This document shows, piece after piece, positions 39,805 through 52,622 of a stretch of 64,000 nucleotides of DNA. Location: contig NC_045696.1 in NCBI RefSeq assembly GCF_009834535.1, forward strand, positions 116,872,001 to 116,936,000, read 5' to 3'. The notes under the pieces were generated by a model. The model was not told the origin of the DNA, did not search any database, and saw only the letters and a program-made list of their open reading frames with translations. How positions within the stretch are numbered: position 1 is the stretch's first letter; every line of letters begins with the position of its first letter. The position numbers and the translations under genes are program-made. Source of the stretch: Camelus ferus. Its lineage: Eukaryota.

Positions 39805-39915
39805 GAAAATGAATATATGCACATTCATGTACGACTGAAGCATTGTGTTGTACATCAGAAATTGACACAGCACTGTAAACTGACTAGACCTCAAGAAAAA
39901 ATTTTTGAAAAAGAA
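39805..39915 (+). mobile_element. Short LINE-1 3'UTR fragment
   Basis: GAAAATGAATATATG..CATGTACGACTGAAGCATTGTG..CAGAAATTGACACA..TGTAAACTGACTA plus an A-rich tail. Confidence 0.8.
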
Positions 39916-40947
39916 GAAAAGTAATGTTTCTTACTATAATTATCTGCCATGAGTGGCTCATTGTAAAAAAAAAAAAAAAAAAAAAAAAAAGGCGGGGGAA
40001 GCTCATGAAGAAATCGCCTTCCTTTTGCCTCGTATCATGAGCTGACCTCGTAAGAGTGGGACTAGGCCTGATTCAAGCATTTCCGGGTACAATGGAGGGA
40101 AAACAGCATGTAGTCCAATTAGGTATGCACACTCCTGGAAGTGCAGGTGACTTCAGGTGGTAAACATAAATAACTTAGATTTCCCTATCCGTGTATTGCT
40201 TTCAGTGTGTACTGAAATAAAAGTCTGCAGCTAGTACATCAAACCTGCTTTAGATATTTTGAGGGAAATGGGTCAGATACCATCAGATGTCGCCCCATTC
40301 TCTCTTACTCTCTCCTCTTCTCTCCTCTGCTCCTGGTACCTCTCCGGTCTCTCCCCTTCTCCTTCCACCCATTCCCAACCCAGAAGAAGCCTCCTCAGCT
40401 CCTCCCTGGTCCCAGCTCCCTTCCTATTCCCAGGCACCACTTTTTATTTACTGAACAATTTAGTTTTTCAGCTTCTGATTTGCATCTGAATATACAGCTA
40501 CCAGCTGCGTAAGCAAAGGATCCTTCTTAGGAGGCATCCTCCCTAAAGAAACATAAAAAGCAATAAATGATCAATTAATAGAAATAAAATTTTTGCTGTC
40601 ACAAAAATATATGTATAGTCCGTATCAGAGAAAGTTGAAATATAACTATGTTTATAAAGAAAAATAACCAACAGATTCAGCATTGATTTTTTGTTGTTGT
40701 TGTTAGAAATGTCTTTGTTACAAGTCATGTTAAAAGTTCACTATATGTATCATAGGATCCGCATAACTTCTACTCACTGAAACAACACTGTCCTGAATGG
40801 AACTTGCAAGTAGCTTTGTTAGAACCATCTTTTTCACAAGCTTTTTAAACACTTCACTACACTTGCTACGTAATAAGTACTACATTCACACGATGAAATA
40901 ACAATGAACTGAACACAGCATGCAAAAAGCTGGTTAGAACCATCTTT

Positions 40948-43900
40948 AATTTATTGAGGTAAAATTGACATACAATATTATATTAGTTGCCTGGCTACAA
41001 CCTAGTGACTTGACGTTGGTATACACTGTGAATTGATCACCACAGTAAGTGCACTTACAACCTGTCAACAATGAACTATAATATAATATTGTTGACTATA
41101 TTCCCCATACTGTGTTTTATACCCCCACGACTTACTTTATAACTAAAAGTTTGTAATTCATGAACCTTTTCAACCCAAGCTCTCTCCTCTCTGGCAACCG
41201 TCAACTTGTTCTCTGTATATATGAGTCTGAGTTTTGTTTTGTTTTGTTTTTTTCTGGTTTTTTTAGATTCCACATGTAAGTGAAATCATGTGATGTTTTT
41301 CTTTCTCTGTCTGACATATTTCACTTAGTATAATATCCTCAAGGTCCATCCATGTTTTTGCAAACGGCAAGATTTCATTCTTATGGCCGAGTAGTTTTCT
41401 ATTATATAATGTGTGACTCTCTCTTTCTCTCTATTGTTTTCACATTTTTATTCATTCATCCATCAATGAACACTTAGGTTGTTTCTATATCTTGATTATT
41501 GAAAATAATGCTGCAATAAACATAGGGGTGCATATAGCTTTTCTAATTAGTGTTTTTGTTTCTTTCAGACAGATAGCCAGTAGTGGAATTGCTAGATCAT
41601 ATGGCAGATCTACTTTTAATTTTTTGAGGTACCTCCATACTATTCTCCAAAGTGGCTACACCATTTTACCAACAGAGCATGAAGGCTCCCTTTTCTTCAC
41701 ATCCTCACCAACACTTGTTATTTCTTGCCTTCTTGATAATACTCATTCTGACAGGTGTAAGGTGATATCTCATTATGATTCTGATTTGCATTTCCCTGAT
41801 GATGAGTGATGTTGAGCATCTTTCCATGTACCTGTAGGCTATCCATATGTCTTCTTTGAAAAAATTCCTATTCAGCTTCTTTGTCCATTTTTTGTTGAAT
41901 TTTTTATATTGAGTTGTATACATTTAAAAAATATATTTTGGATATTAGCTCCTTATCACGCATATGATTTGCAAATATCTTCTCCCATTCAGCAGGTTGC
42001 CTTTTCATTTTGTTGATGATTTCTTTTGCTATGCAGAAGCTTTTTAGTCTGGTATAGTCCCTTTTTTTTTTTTTTTAGTCTTTGTTTCCCTTTCCTTTAG
42101 GGTCACATCCACAGAAACATTGCTAAGACCCATGTCAAGGAGTTTACTGTCTATGTTTTCATCTAGGAGTTTTACGGTTTCAGATCTTACATTTAAGTCT
42201 TTAATTTATCATGATTTAAGTTTTGTATATGGTGTAAGAAAGGGATCCAGTTTCATTCTTTTATCTATAGCTGTTCAGGTTTCTCAACACCATTTATTGA
42301 AGAGACTGTCATTTTCCTCATTATATTCTTGCCTACTTTGTTGTAAATTAATTGGCCATATATATGTGGATTTATTTCCTGGCTCTGTATTCTGTTCCAC
42401 TGATCTGTGTGCCTGCTTTTAAACCAATACAATACTCTTTTGATTGCTATAGATTTGTAGCATAGTTTGACACCAGGGAGCATAGTATCTCCAGCTTTGT
42501 TCTTCTTTCTCAAGATTGTATTGGGTATTCAGGATCCTTTATGGTTTAATAAAATTTTAGAATTATTTGTTCTAGCTCTGTGAAAAATGTCAGTGGCATT
42601 TTGATAGGAATTGCACTGAATCTGTAGGTTGCTTGGGTAGAATGGATAGCTTAACAATTTTAGTTCTTCTAGTCCATGAGTGTGGAATATCTTTCCATTT
42701 ATTTGTGTTTTCCTTAATTTCATAAGTGTCTTACAGATTTCAGTGTACAGGTCTTACACCTCCTTGCTTAAATTTATACCTAAGTATTTTATTATTTTTG
42801 ATGTAATTGTAAATGGAATTATCTTCTTGATTTCTCTTTCTGATAGTTCATTGTTAGTGCATAAAAATCCCAGATTCTTTTATATTAACTTCGTATCCTG
42901 CAACTTTGTTGAATTCATTTATTATTTCTAACAATTTTTCTAGTGGAGTCCTTAGGGTTTTCTATATATTAATCATGTTATCTGCAAATAATGATAGTTT
43001 TACTTCTATTTTTTCAATATGGATGCCTTTTATTTCCTTTTCTTGCCTAATTGCTCTGGCTAGAATTTCAATACTATGTTGAATAAAAGTGGGGAGAGTG
43101 GGGAGAGTGGGGAACCTTGTCTGGTTTCTGATTTTAGAGAAAAAGCATTCAGCTTTTCCCCAATGATTATGATATTAGCTGTGGTTTTGCCATTAATGGC
43201 CTTTGTTAATTAAAATCCCAGTATAATCACACTGTTGCAAGCTTTTGTTATAAATCGATGTTGAATTTTGTCAAATTCTTTTTCTGCGTCTACTGAGATG
43301 ATCATACAATTTTTATTTTTCATTTTGTTAATGTGTTGTATCACATTCATTGATTTGTGGATGTTTAACCGTTTTTGCATCCCTGGAATAAGTCCTAGTT
43401 GATCATGGTATATGTTTCTTTTACTATATTGTTAAGTTTAGTTTGCAAATATTTTGTTAAAAAATTTTGCATCTATGTTCATCAGGGACATTGGCCTGTA
43501 ATTTTCTTTTTTCTTGTGTCCTTGTCTGGTTTTGGTATCAGGGCCTCCTAAAATGAGTTTGGATGTGTTCCCTTCCATGCAATTTTTTGGAAAAGTTTGA
43601 GAAGAACAGGTATTACACCCTCTTTGAAAATTTGGTGGAATTCCCCAGTGAGGCTGTCTGGTCCTGGACGTTTGTTTATTGGGAGATTTTTGATCACTGA
43701 GTCAGTCTCCTTAGCAGTCATCATCTTGTTCAGGTTTTCTTTTCATCATAAGTTGGTCGTGGTAGGTTGTATGTTTCTAGGAATTTATCCAATTCTTCTA
43801 GATTGTCCCACTTATTGTCATATAATTGTTTATAGTCTCTTGTGACCTTTGTATTCCTGTGGTATCAGTTGTAACTTCTCTTCTTTCATTTCTGATTATA

Positions 43901-46900
43901 TTTGAGCCCATTCTCTCTCTCTCTCTTTTTTTTTTTTTTTTGGTTAAGTCTAGCTAAACCTTTGTCAATTTAGTTTATCTTTTCAAAGAATCATCTCTTA
44001 TTCCCATTGATCTTTCCTATTGTCTTTTGTCTCTATTTCACTTATTTCCATTTTAATCTTTATTATTCCCTTCCTTCTACTAACTCTGGGTTTTGCTTGT
44101 TCTTCTTTTTCTAGTTCCTTTAGGCGTAAAATTCATTTGTTTGAGATTTTCTTGTTTCCTGAGGTAGACCTGAATTGCAGTGAACTTCCCCCTTAAAACC
44201 ACTTTTGCTGCACCTCGTAGATGGTGGTATGTAATATTTCTGTTTTCATTTTCTCTAGGCATTTGGATTTCTCTGTTAATTTCTTCTATGTCCCAGTAAT
44301 TGTTTGCTAACATGTTGTTTAATCTCCACTTATTTGTAGTTTTCCAGTTTTCTTCTTTTAATTGATTTCTAGTTTAATACCACTGTAGCTGGAAAAAAAT
44401 AATTGCTTTAATTTCAATATCCTTGAATTTTTGAGACTTTTTTGGGGCCTAACATGTGATCTATCCTAGAGAATGTTCTATGTGTACTTGAGAAGAATGT
44501 GCATTCTACTGCTTCTGGATGGAATGTTCTGTATATATGTGTTCACTGTATCTAGTCTAATGTGCTATTTAAAGACAATGCTTCCTTATTTTCTTCTGGA
44601 TGATCTATCCATTGATGTAAGATGGGTGTTAAAGTCCGCTACTGTTATTTTATTGCTATGTATTTCTCCATTTGGATCTGTTACTATTTGCTTTATATAT
44701 TTTAGTGCTCCTATGTAGGGTGTATTTATATTTATAAATGTTATATCTTCATGATGGATTCACCTCTTTATGATTATGTAGTGCATCTCTGTTTTTTATG
44801 ACAGTCTTTGTTTTAGCCTTTTTTGTCTGACATGAGTATAGCTACACAGACTTTCTTTTTGTTTCCATTTCTATGGAATATCTTTTCCCATATCTTCACT
44901 TTCAATCTATGTGTTTCCTTACTTTTGAAGTGAGTCTCTAGTAGGCAGTATATAGATGCCTCTTATTCTTATCCATTCAGCCACTGTATGTCTTTTGATT
45001 GGGGAATTTGGCTCATTTACATTTAAAATAATTATGGATAACATATGCACTTAATGCCATTTTTTCAATTGTTTTCTAGCTGTTTTGTAGTCCCTCTCTT
45101 CTCCTTTCTTTATCTCTTTCTCAATTCTTGTGTGGTTTGATGATTTTCTCACTTTCTTTTGTGTATTTACTGTATGTTTTTGCTTTGTGGTTACTATGAG
45201 GTTTGAATATATCATTCTATGTATGTAAGTTTATTTTAAGTTGATAGCAACTTACAAGGAATTCCAAAATTCTCCACTTTTACTCCACCTCCCTGTGTTT
45301 TATGTTTTTGATGTCATATTTTACATCTTTTATTCATCGCATGACAAATTATTATAGTTTTAATTAATTTTACTACTTTTGTCTTTTGACCTTCATAGTA
45401 GGTTTTTAAGGAACTATTCCACTACCTTTACTATATATTTATCTTTTCCAGTGAGATTTTTACTTTCATATGCTTTCCTGTAAACTAATGCCACTTCCTT
45501 TCAGCTTAAAAAAATCCCCTAACTTTTCTTGTAAGACTGCTTTAGTGGTGATGAACTCTTTTGGTTTTTGTCTGACTTAGAAACTCTTTATCTCTCCTTC
45601 AATTCTGAATGATAACCTTACTGGATAGAGTATTCTTGGTAGGAAGATTTTTCCTTTCACAATTTGAATATGTCACTGCCACTTCTTTTGACTTGTAGGA
45701 TTTCTGTTGAAAAGTCTGTTGATAGTCTTATGGAGTTCCTTTATATGTAAGAATTTTTTTTTCTTGCTGCTTTGAAGCTTCTCTGTATAAACTTTTGACA
45801 TTTTAATCATAATGTACTTTGGATCTCTTTGGGTTCATCTTATTTGGGACTGGGTTTTCTGGACATGAATGTTTATTTATTTTTCTAGGTTAGGGATGTT
45901 TTCAAGCAATTATTTCTTCAAATAGGTTTCCTTTTCTCTCTCTCATCACTTCTCTGGGACCCCTCTAATGTAAATGTTATTCTGCTTGGTGTTGTTCCAT
46001 AGATCTCTTAAGTTATCTTCATTTATTTAACTTGTTATTTTCTTTTTGTTGCTCTGTATGGGTGAGTTCCATTATTTTGTCTTCCAGGTCATTCATCCTT
46101 TCTTCTGCTTAAACTGGTCTGCTATTGAACTCCTCTGGTGTATTTTTCAGTTCAGTTACTGTTTTCTTCAACTCTGTAATGTCTGTTTGGTACTTTCTTA
46201 TATTTTCTATCTCTTTGTTTAAGTTCTCACCATGTTTATCCATTCTTCTTCCAAGTTTGTGATCATCTTTATGACTAATATTTTGAATTTTTCATCAGGT
46301 AGATTAACTATCTTCATATCATTAAGGTTTTTTTCTGAGTTTTTGTCTTGTTCTTTTGTTTGGAACACACTTCTCTGTTTCTTCATTCTGCCTGGCCCTC
46401 TGCTCTTGTTTCTGTGCATTAGAGAAAATAGTTATCTAGCCCAGTCTTGAAGGAGTGGCCTTATGTAGAAAATGAACCTTACTCAAACTTGCCTTAGCTC
46501 TTAGTTGTCTTTCAAACTTTTGTGATTATCTAAACTCCCTGATTTATTCTGGATATGTTTCCTTTATTGACTGTATGTTGAGTCATGTCAGTGTCCCAAA
46601 GGGAGGAATCTCATTCAGCACTTAGTTTTAGAAGCCAGACCCCAAGACTGCAGACTTTAAAGTGTGCAAATATAAAAATTTTCTCCCATTCCGTTAATGA
46701 TGAAACTGACAAAGGCTTGATCTCCAGAATATATAAGCAGCTCACATGACTTAATAAGAAAGAAACAAACAACCCAATCCAAAAATGGGCAGAAGACCTA
46801 AACAAGTAATTCTCCAAGGAAGAAATACAAATGATTAATAGGCACATGAAAAAATGCTTTGTATCACTAATTATCAGAGAAATGCAAATTAAAACTACAA

Positions 46901-49150
46901 TGATGGCCATTCTCACACCAGTCAGAATGGCCATCATTCAAAAGTCCACAAATCACAAATGCTGGAGAGGCTGTGGAGAAAAGGGAACCCTCCTACACTG
47001 CTGGTGGGAATGCAGTTTGGTGCAGCCACTGTGGAAAACAGTATGGAGATTCCTCAAAAGACTAGGAATAGACTTACCATATGACCCAGGAATCTCACTC
47101 CTGAGCATATATCCAGAAGGAACCCTACTTCAAAATGACATCTGCACCCCAATGTTCATAGCAGCATTGTTTACAATAGCCAAGACATGGAAACAGCCTA
47201 AATGTCCATCAACAGATGACTGGATAAAGAAGAAATGGTATATTTATACAATGGAATACTATTCAGCCATAAAAACCGACAACATAACACCATTTGCAGC
47301 AACATGGATGTCCCTGGAGAATGTCATTCTAAGTGAAGTAAGCCATAAAGAGAAAGAAAAATACCATATGAGATCACTAATATGTGGAACCAAAAAAAAA
47401 AAAAAAAAAGAACATAAATATAAAACAGAAACAGACTCATAGACATAGAATACAAACTTGTGGTTGCCAAAGGGGAGGGGGGTGGGAAGGGACAGACTGG
47501 AAGTTCAAAATTTGTAGATACTGACAGGCATATGCAGAATAGGTAAACAAGATTATACTGTATAGCACAGGGAAATGTATGCAAGATCTTGTGGTAGCTC
47601 ACAGCAAAAAAAAAAGTGACAATGAATATATGTATGTTCATGTATAACTGAAAAATTGTGCTCTACACTGGAATTTGACACAACATTGTAAAATGACTGT
47701 AACTCAATTAAAAAATGTAAAAAAAAAATGTTTCCATAGATCCACGGGAAAAAACAAAAACAAAAAAATGTGCAAATATATAGAGGCTTGTGAGGCTACA
47801 GTTGAAATCCCTATTGGCTTCCAGTTCAGGAGATCTGGAAGTATCCCATGGGTGATAGTTGCAAAAATCAGGGCTCCAGAAGAGTGTATAAGCTCCTTTC
47901 TGTAACGTCTCATTGCACTGTAGCAAGGCTGAAAGAATGTGAAGGATGGTGTCCCCCTTTTACATTTTCTTGGAGCACCTCTTATGATCCCACATGTGGG
48001 GGAAACTTGAAGCCTGTTCCTCATCTGAAGCTCCAGTACAAGTAAATGGGCATTTTTCACAGAAAGACGGGTTGTGTTTTAGTTTGCTGTCAGTGCCGTT
48101 CCCTGGGGGGGGGGGGGTGGTGGCCTGACAAGAACTGTCTTCTGATTGTTACAGTCTTGTGGAGCTTCAGTAACTTTGACCTCCTTGGCCACCAGGGCCA
48201 GGGGATCAAAGAGGTGTCCCCTGTGTGGACTGTGCACATGTGCTGTCTTTGGCAAGGCAGCTGAGGAGTGTAGGCGATGGGGCACACTTGCCCACTTCAG
48301 AAAGGCAGTGGGAAAATGTCTGGACTGTGCACACCTGTGGATTTTAGCAGTGCAGCAGGAAAATGCTTTGCTTGTGTGCATGTGCTGGCTTTAGGCTGGG
48401 AGCAAGGCAATGCCCTGACATTCATGCTCGCCAACTGCATCTAGGAAGTGGGGGAACACTGCAACTACCTGCATCCTCTGGTTTCAGCAAGGCAGCAGGA
48501 TTGTGCCTAGACCCCTGACCCCTGCCTGTCTTGGCAAAGTGGCGAGAGGTGTGCTCATAGGGCAGGTGGAGAGGGTGACAATGGCATCAGCCAGCACGTC
48601 TGTCTCCAGGGAGAGCTTCAGCTGTCCCTCACCCTTTCAGCATATGCTTTTAGGTTAGCAAATGAGTCTCCTTTACATGTGGTCTAGATGCTCTTCAAAC
48701 TGCTGAGTTTTTCACTGTGTTTTAGGATGCATGAGATTGTATGCGAACCCCTTAAAAGGGAAAATCTCAGTTTCTTATAGGACTTTAGGTCCCTTGAACA
48801 GAAGCCCTGTTGGTTTTCTAAGCCAGGCATTCTGGGCTTGTCTCTCTGGTGCAGCTCCCAGGGGTCCAAGGTCTGATGTGGGGCACCAACCCCTAGTTCT
48901 TCCAGAAGTGCTGGATTGGGGAGATCCATCCCCAATGTGTGTCATCATGTTGGGGGTGGGGTTTTGGCCAAGACTGTGTCTCTGCCTCTCCTACCCATCT
49001 CGGTGTGGTCCTTCTAATCTTTGTTGTGGAGAAGTGATTTTCAGATCTTTTGAAGAACAAAATGACTCAGCTGTAGCTGTAGATTTGGTGTGTCCATGGA
49101 AAGAGATGAGTTTGAGATCTTCCTAGACCAATATCTTGGACTCTCTTCTC
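40948..49150 (-). mobile_element. Near full-length, degenerate older LINE-1 (3'UTR, ORF2, ORF1, GC-richer 5' region), sense to KCNH8, split by a younger L1 at 46675-47764
   Basis: Minus-strand ORF fragments RYHLTPVRMSIIKKARNNKCW, RKKNKAG..P..KLCYK..IK, AAKVVLRGKF and ORF1-like MKKQRSVFQTKEQDKNSEK. Many stops and frameshifts. TTTATT at 40950-40955. Confidence 0.9.
46675..47764 (+). mobile_element. Young 5'-truncated LINE-1 with TSD, short 5' inversion and probable 3' transduction
   Basis: ORF2 C-terminus with [18 protein letters not shown] motif is open (46831-47442). TSD AAAGTGTGCAAATATA (46659-46674) / AAAATGTGCAAATATA (47765-47780), at a TTT/AAAG site. Confidence 0.95.
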
Positions 49151-50244
49151 CTCGGTATTAATTTTTCTAGACATTTTACCATATCATGAGAAAATTAAGT
49201 AAAGAAATGTGAATTGCATCAGTGAGCAAATACGTGAATGAGAGAGAACTATCGGGACAATGACAAGGTATTCATTTCTCTGCATCACTGTTTCCTCACC
49301 TGTAAATATGAGATAATTCATATTTACCTTGACGTGTTATTAGAAAAATCAAAATAAAATAACATATGTGCTGCTTGGCGAAATATAATCAATTAGATTT
49401 ATTATTACTTAGATTTCATGGCGTACTTTTTGTTAATTTCAAATGCTTAATAACTGTTTTCACTGTGGATTTATTCATGGCTACCTTCTGTTTGAGGTTA
49501 GTGATCCCAGTTTTCCATTAGGGGTGGTGATTTAGTTTTCCTTTGCTTGTAATTTGAGAAAAAATTAAAAGTGTCAACTTAAAGAAAACCATCAATGAGC
49601 AAGCAATAACTCGTAGGTACATGGAAATAAATGACAAATCTTAAAGGTGACATGGGAATGAGTCTGTGAGTTAAGAGAGTTATCCACAACCTTATCAGAC
49701 TCAAGATTCCCTTTTGTAACAAACTCTTATATTTCCCTTTTTTCTTTTTAAAACTGAAGAATTGAACCAATAAAACTTGCCTGCTGTTAATGTACATTAT
49801 TTTCAGAAAATGACATCCTATATTATTAACAGTAATATAACAAAAGTAAAAGTGAAGTTGTGCCTGATAAAATTAAGTGCATGTCCACATGAGATGCTCA
49901 GGTGTGACTGACTACAACAGAAGATATAATAGAGCAGTTGGATAATTGGACCAATGTGCAGAATCACGCGAAGGCAGTAGCTCCGACTGCAAAGCCCATG
50001 CAGATGTGTTGCATCTGTGACAAGAATTGTGAGTCAGTGACAAGATTTTCTGAAATGGTGAAGCTCTAAACAAGATAAAGTTCAATCTTCTCTCGTTACA
50101 CTATGGTTTTACTCTTGGAAATTCAGTGGGAAATTAAAGCCTTTCAAACAACAGTGTGTGTTAAATTCTAAGCTCAGGTAATTAGAAACCAGTGTTCTAC
50201 TTCCTGGAAAGACCGACAGGGCATTAGGAAGTCATGCAGTGCAC

Positions 50245-50645
50245 AATGCTGTATTGTTAACCATTGGTACCATGCTGTTCAGCAGATCGCTACAATGTAC
50301 TCATCTTGCATAAATGAAACTTTACATCCGTTGAGCATCAATTCTCCATCTCCCCCTCAGCTCAACCCTTGTCAATTGCCATTGTATTTGTCCTTCCGTA
50401 AGTGGCTTATTTTACTTAACATAATGTTAAGAGGATAGATCTCGTGTTAAGTGTTTTTTTTTTTTTTTCACAAAAAACAAACAAACAAAGAAAAACCCAC
50501 AAAGAACACAGGACCTTTTTAGAGGTGATGGATATGTTTAGTACCTTGACTGTGGCAGTGGTTTTATGTTATATCCAAACTCATCAAGGTATATACGTTA
50601 AATGTGTGAAATGTTTTATATATCAGTTATACTTCAATAAGGCTA
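50245..50645. mobile_element. Older LINE-1 3' end with inverted 5' part (minus 50245-50424, plus 50425-50645), followed by (GGAA)n-type low complexity to ~50705
   Basis: GGCTTATTTTACTTAACATAAT (antisense L1) abuts GTTAAGAGGATAGATCT..GAGGTGATGGATATGTT..TTATACTTCAATAA (sense L1). Confidence 0.65.
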
Positions 50646-50997
50646 GGAAGGAAGGAAGGAAGGAAGGAAAGAAAAAGAAAGGAAAGGAAAGCAAAGCAAA
50701 GCAAAGCACTGGACAAATTGCTCAATTGTAAGACTATCCTATATATTACAGTATATTTAGCCCCCCTGACTCCTGCCCATTAAATGGCAAAAGCACCCCT
50801 AATTTGGAGTCAAACACCCCCAGAGATTTGCAGAATGCTCCTAGGAAGTGGTACCATCCCCACTTTCACAGAAAATCAATGCTTTAAGAGTAAGATCCTT
50901 ACAGTCAGAAGATTTTTATATATCCTGGCTTCTTTATTTACAATCTTGGGTGGGTGATTTAAATTGTAATCTGTTTAATGTGAATGTAACCAGGTGT

Positions 50998-51447
50998 TGT
51001 TATAGGTTGAATTTTGGCCCTCCCAAAAAGATACGTTAAAGTCCTAACCCCCAGTACCCCAGAATGTAACCTGATTTGGAGACAGAGTCTTTATGGAAGT
51101 AACTTGAGGCCACTAGGGTGAGCACGAATCCAATAACACTGGTGTCTTTATAAAATGGGGAAATCTGGACACAGATACTCATGCAGGGAGAACAGCATCT
51201 GAAGATGAAGGCAGAGATTTGGGTGATGCTTCTACAAACCAAGGAACATCAAGGATTGCCAGAAAACCATCAGAAGCTAGGGAAGAGGCATGGAACTGAT
51301 TCTTCCTCTCAACCCTCAGGAGAAACCCACCCAACTGACTTCTTGCTCTCAGACTTCTAGCCTCCAGAACAGTGATACAATCAATTTCTGTTGTTTAAGC
51401 CACTCAGTGTGTGGTATGTTGTACAACAGCCCTAGCAAACCAGTATA
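50998..51447 (+). mobile_element. MaLR solo LTR (MLT1-type)
   Basis: TGTTATAGGTTGAAT..AAGTCCTAACCCCCAGTACC..GACTTCTAGCCTCCAGAAC..TTTCTGTTGTTTAAGCCAC..AGCCCTAGCAAAC. Confidence 0.88.
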
Positions 51448-52338
51448 TTAGGATAATATGTTTGCAAAATTAACTACACGTTTTGATTTTCTTCTTAAAT
51501 CTTTGTTATCTTGCAGCATTTCTCTTCCTGTTGAATCTGTTTAAAATAAAAATGGGCTTGAAAGATAAGCTTTCAGTAGAGAAGATATGCTAAGATGAGC
51601 ATACAAAGGTTGGGGTTTGTAGATCCAAAAAGGATGGTCTTCCAGAGATGATCCAATTTTCTACCATTAGCATTTAACCATGAAGCCAGAGTTAGGAAGG
51701 AGGCAAATATGGTATGACATGTTGTCCAGCTTGTCCATTCTCAGCCTGAGGGGTTGTGAGAAAGAGTAGAGGAAGCGGAGACAATCTCGTCGCTGTGAGG
51801 TTTCACAGCTTTGAAGCAGGGAGAAGCTGTTTGGCTTTTTTCCTTTTGGGTTATTCTATTTTTATTTTTTTCCTTCTTTTACTTCATGTTTTTAATAAAA
51901 ATTTAAAGGCTACCTTCCATTTACAGTTGTCACAAAATACGGGCTCTATTTCCCATGTTGCACAATACATTCTGGGAACTTATCTTATACCCAATAGTGT
52001 TTTGATAGTTTCTGGAGACATTGAAAGCAGAAGAGACCTTTGACCTTCTCTTTGAGAGTCTTGAGAGAAACTGCTTGTCAAGCTACCTCTTTATCACCAT
52101 GAAGGTGGCTGCCCACTTTTGAGGAAATGTGATGGCATAAACGGTGCTGAAGTGTATGAAGAGATGTCCTCTGCTTCTACATGTGAAGGACAGGAGTGCT
52201 CACTTAAGGTAGCCATCCTCCTCCCAAGACTAGCAATACAGAAGGTGGAAGACAAGAGTGAATGCCTTGACTAGTGGCATAATGATGAAAGAGGAGGCAA
52301 AAATTAGGAGAGATCTACAGTGGTTTCAAGAGCTAAGA

Positions 52339-52622
52339 TGACCTCCCAATTTATTGGGGTAAATCAACAAAATAAATTGGGATTTCGAGATTTGCAGAAA
52401 TTAATACTACATATAAAACAGATAAACAACAAGGGCCTACTGTATAGCACAGAGAACTATATTCAATACCTTGTAATAGCCTATAATGAAAAAGAACATG
52501 AAAAGGAATATATATATGTTTATATATAACTGAATCACTATCTGTACACCAGAAACTAACACAACATTGTAAATCAACTATACTTCAATCAAAAATAAAT
52601 AAAAATAAACACTCTAGAAAAA
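52339..52622 (+). mobile_element. Short LINE-1 3'UTR insertion with TSD
   Basis: L1 tail motifs; TSD AAGAGCTAAGA at 52328-52338 and 52623-52633. Confidence 0.88.

Noticed and set aside
46831..47442. 203-aa ORF (and 57347-57691, 57055-57318)
   Set aside because: Fragments of LINE-1 ORF2 in truncated elements, not host genes.
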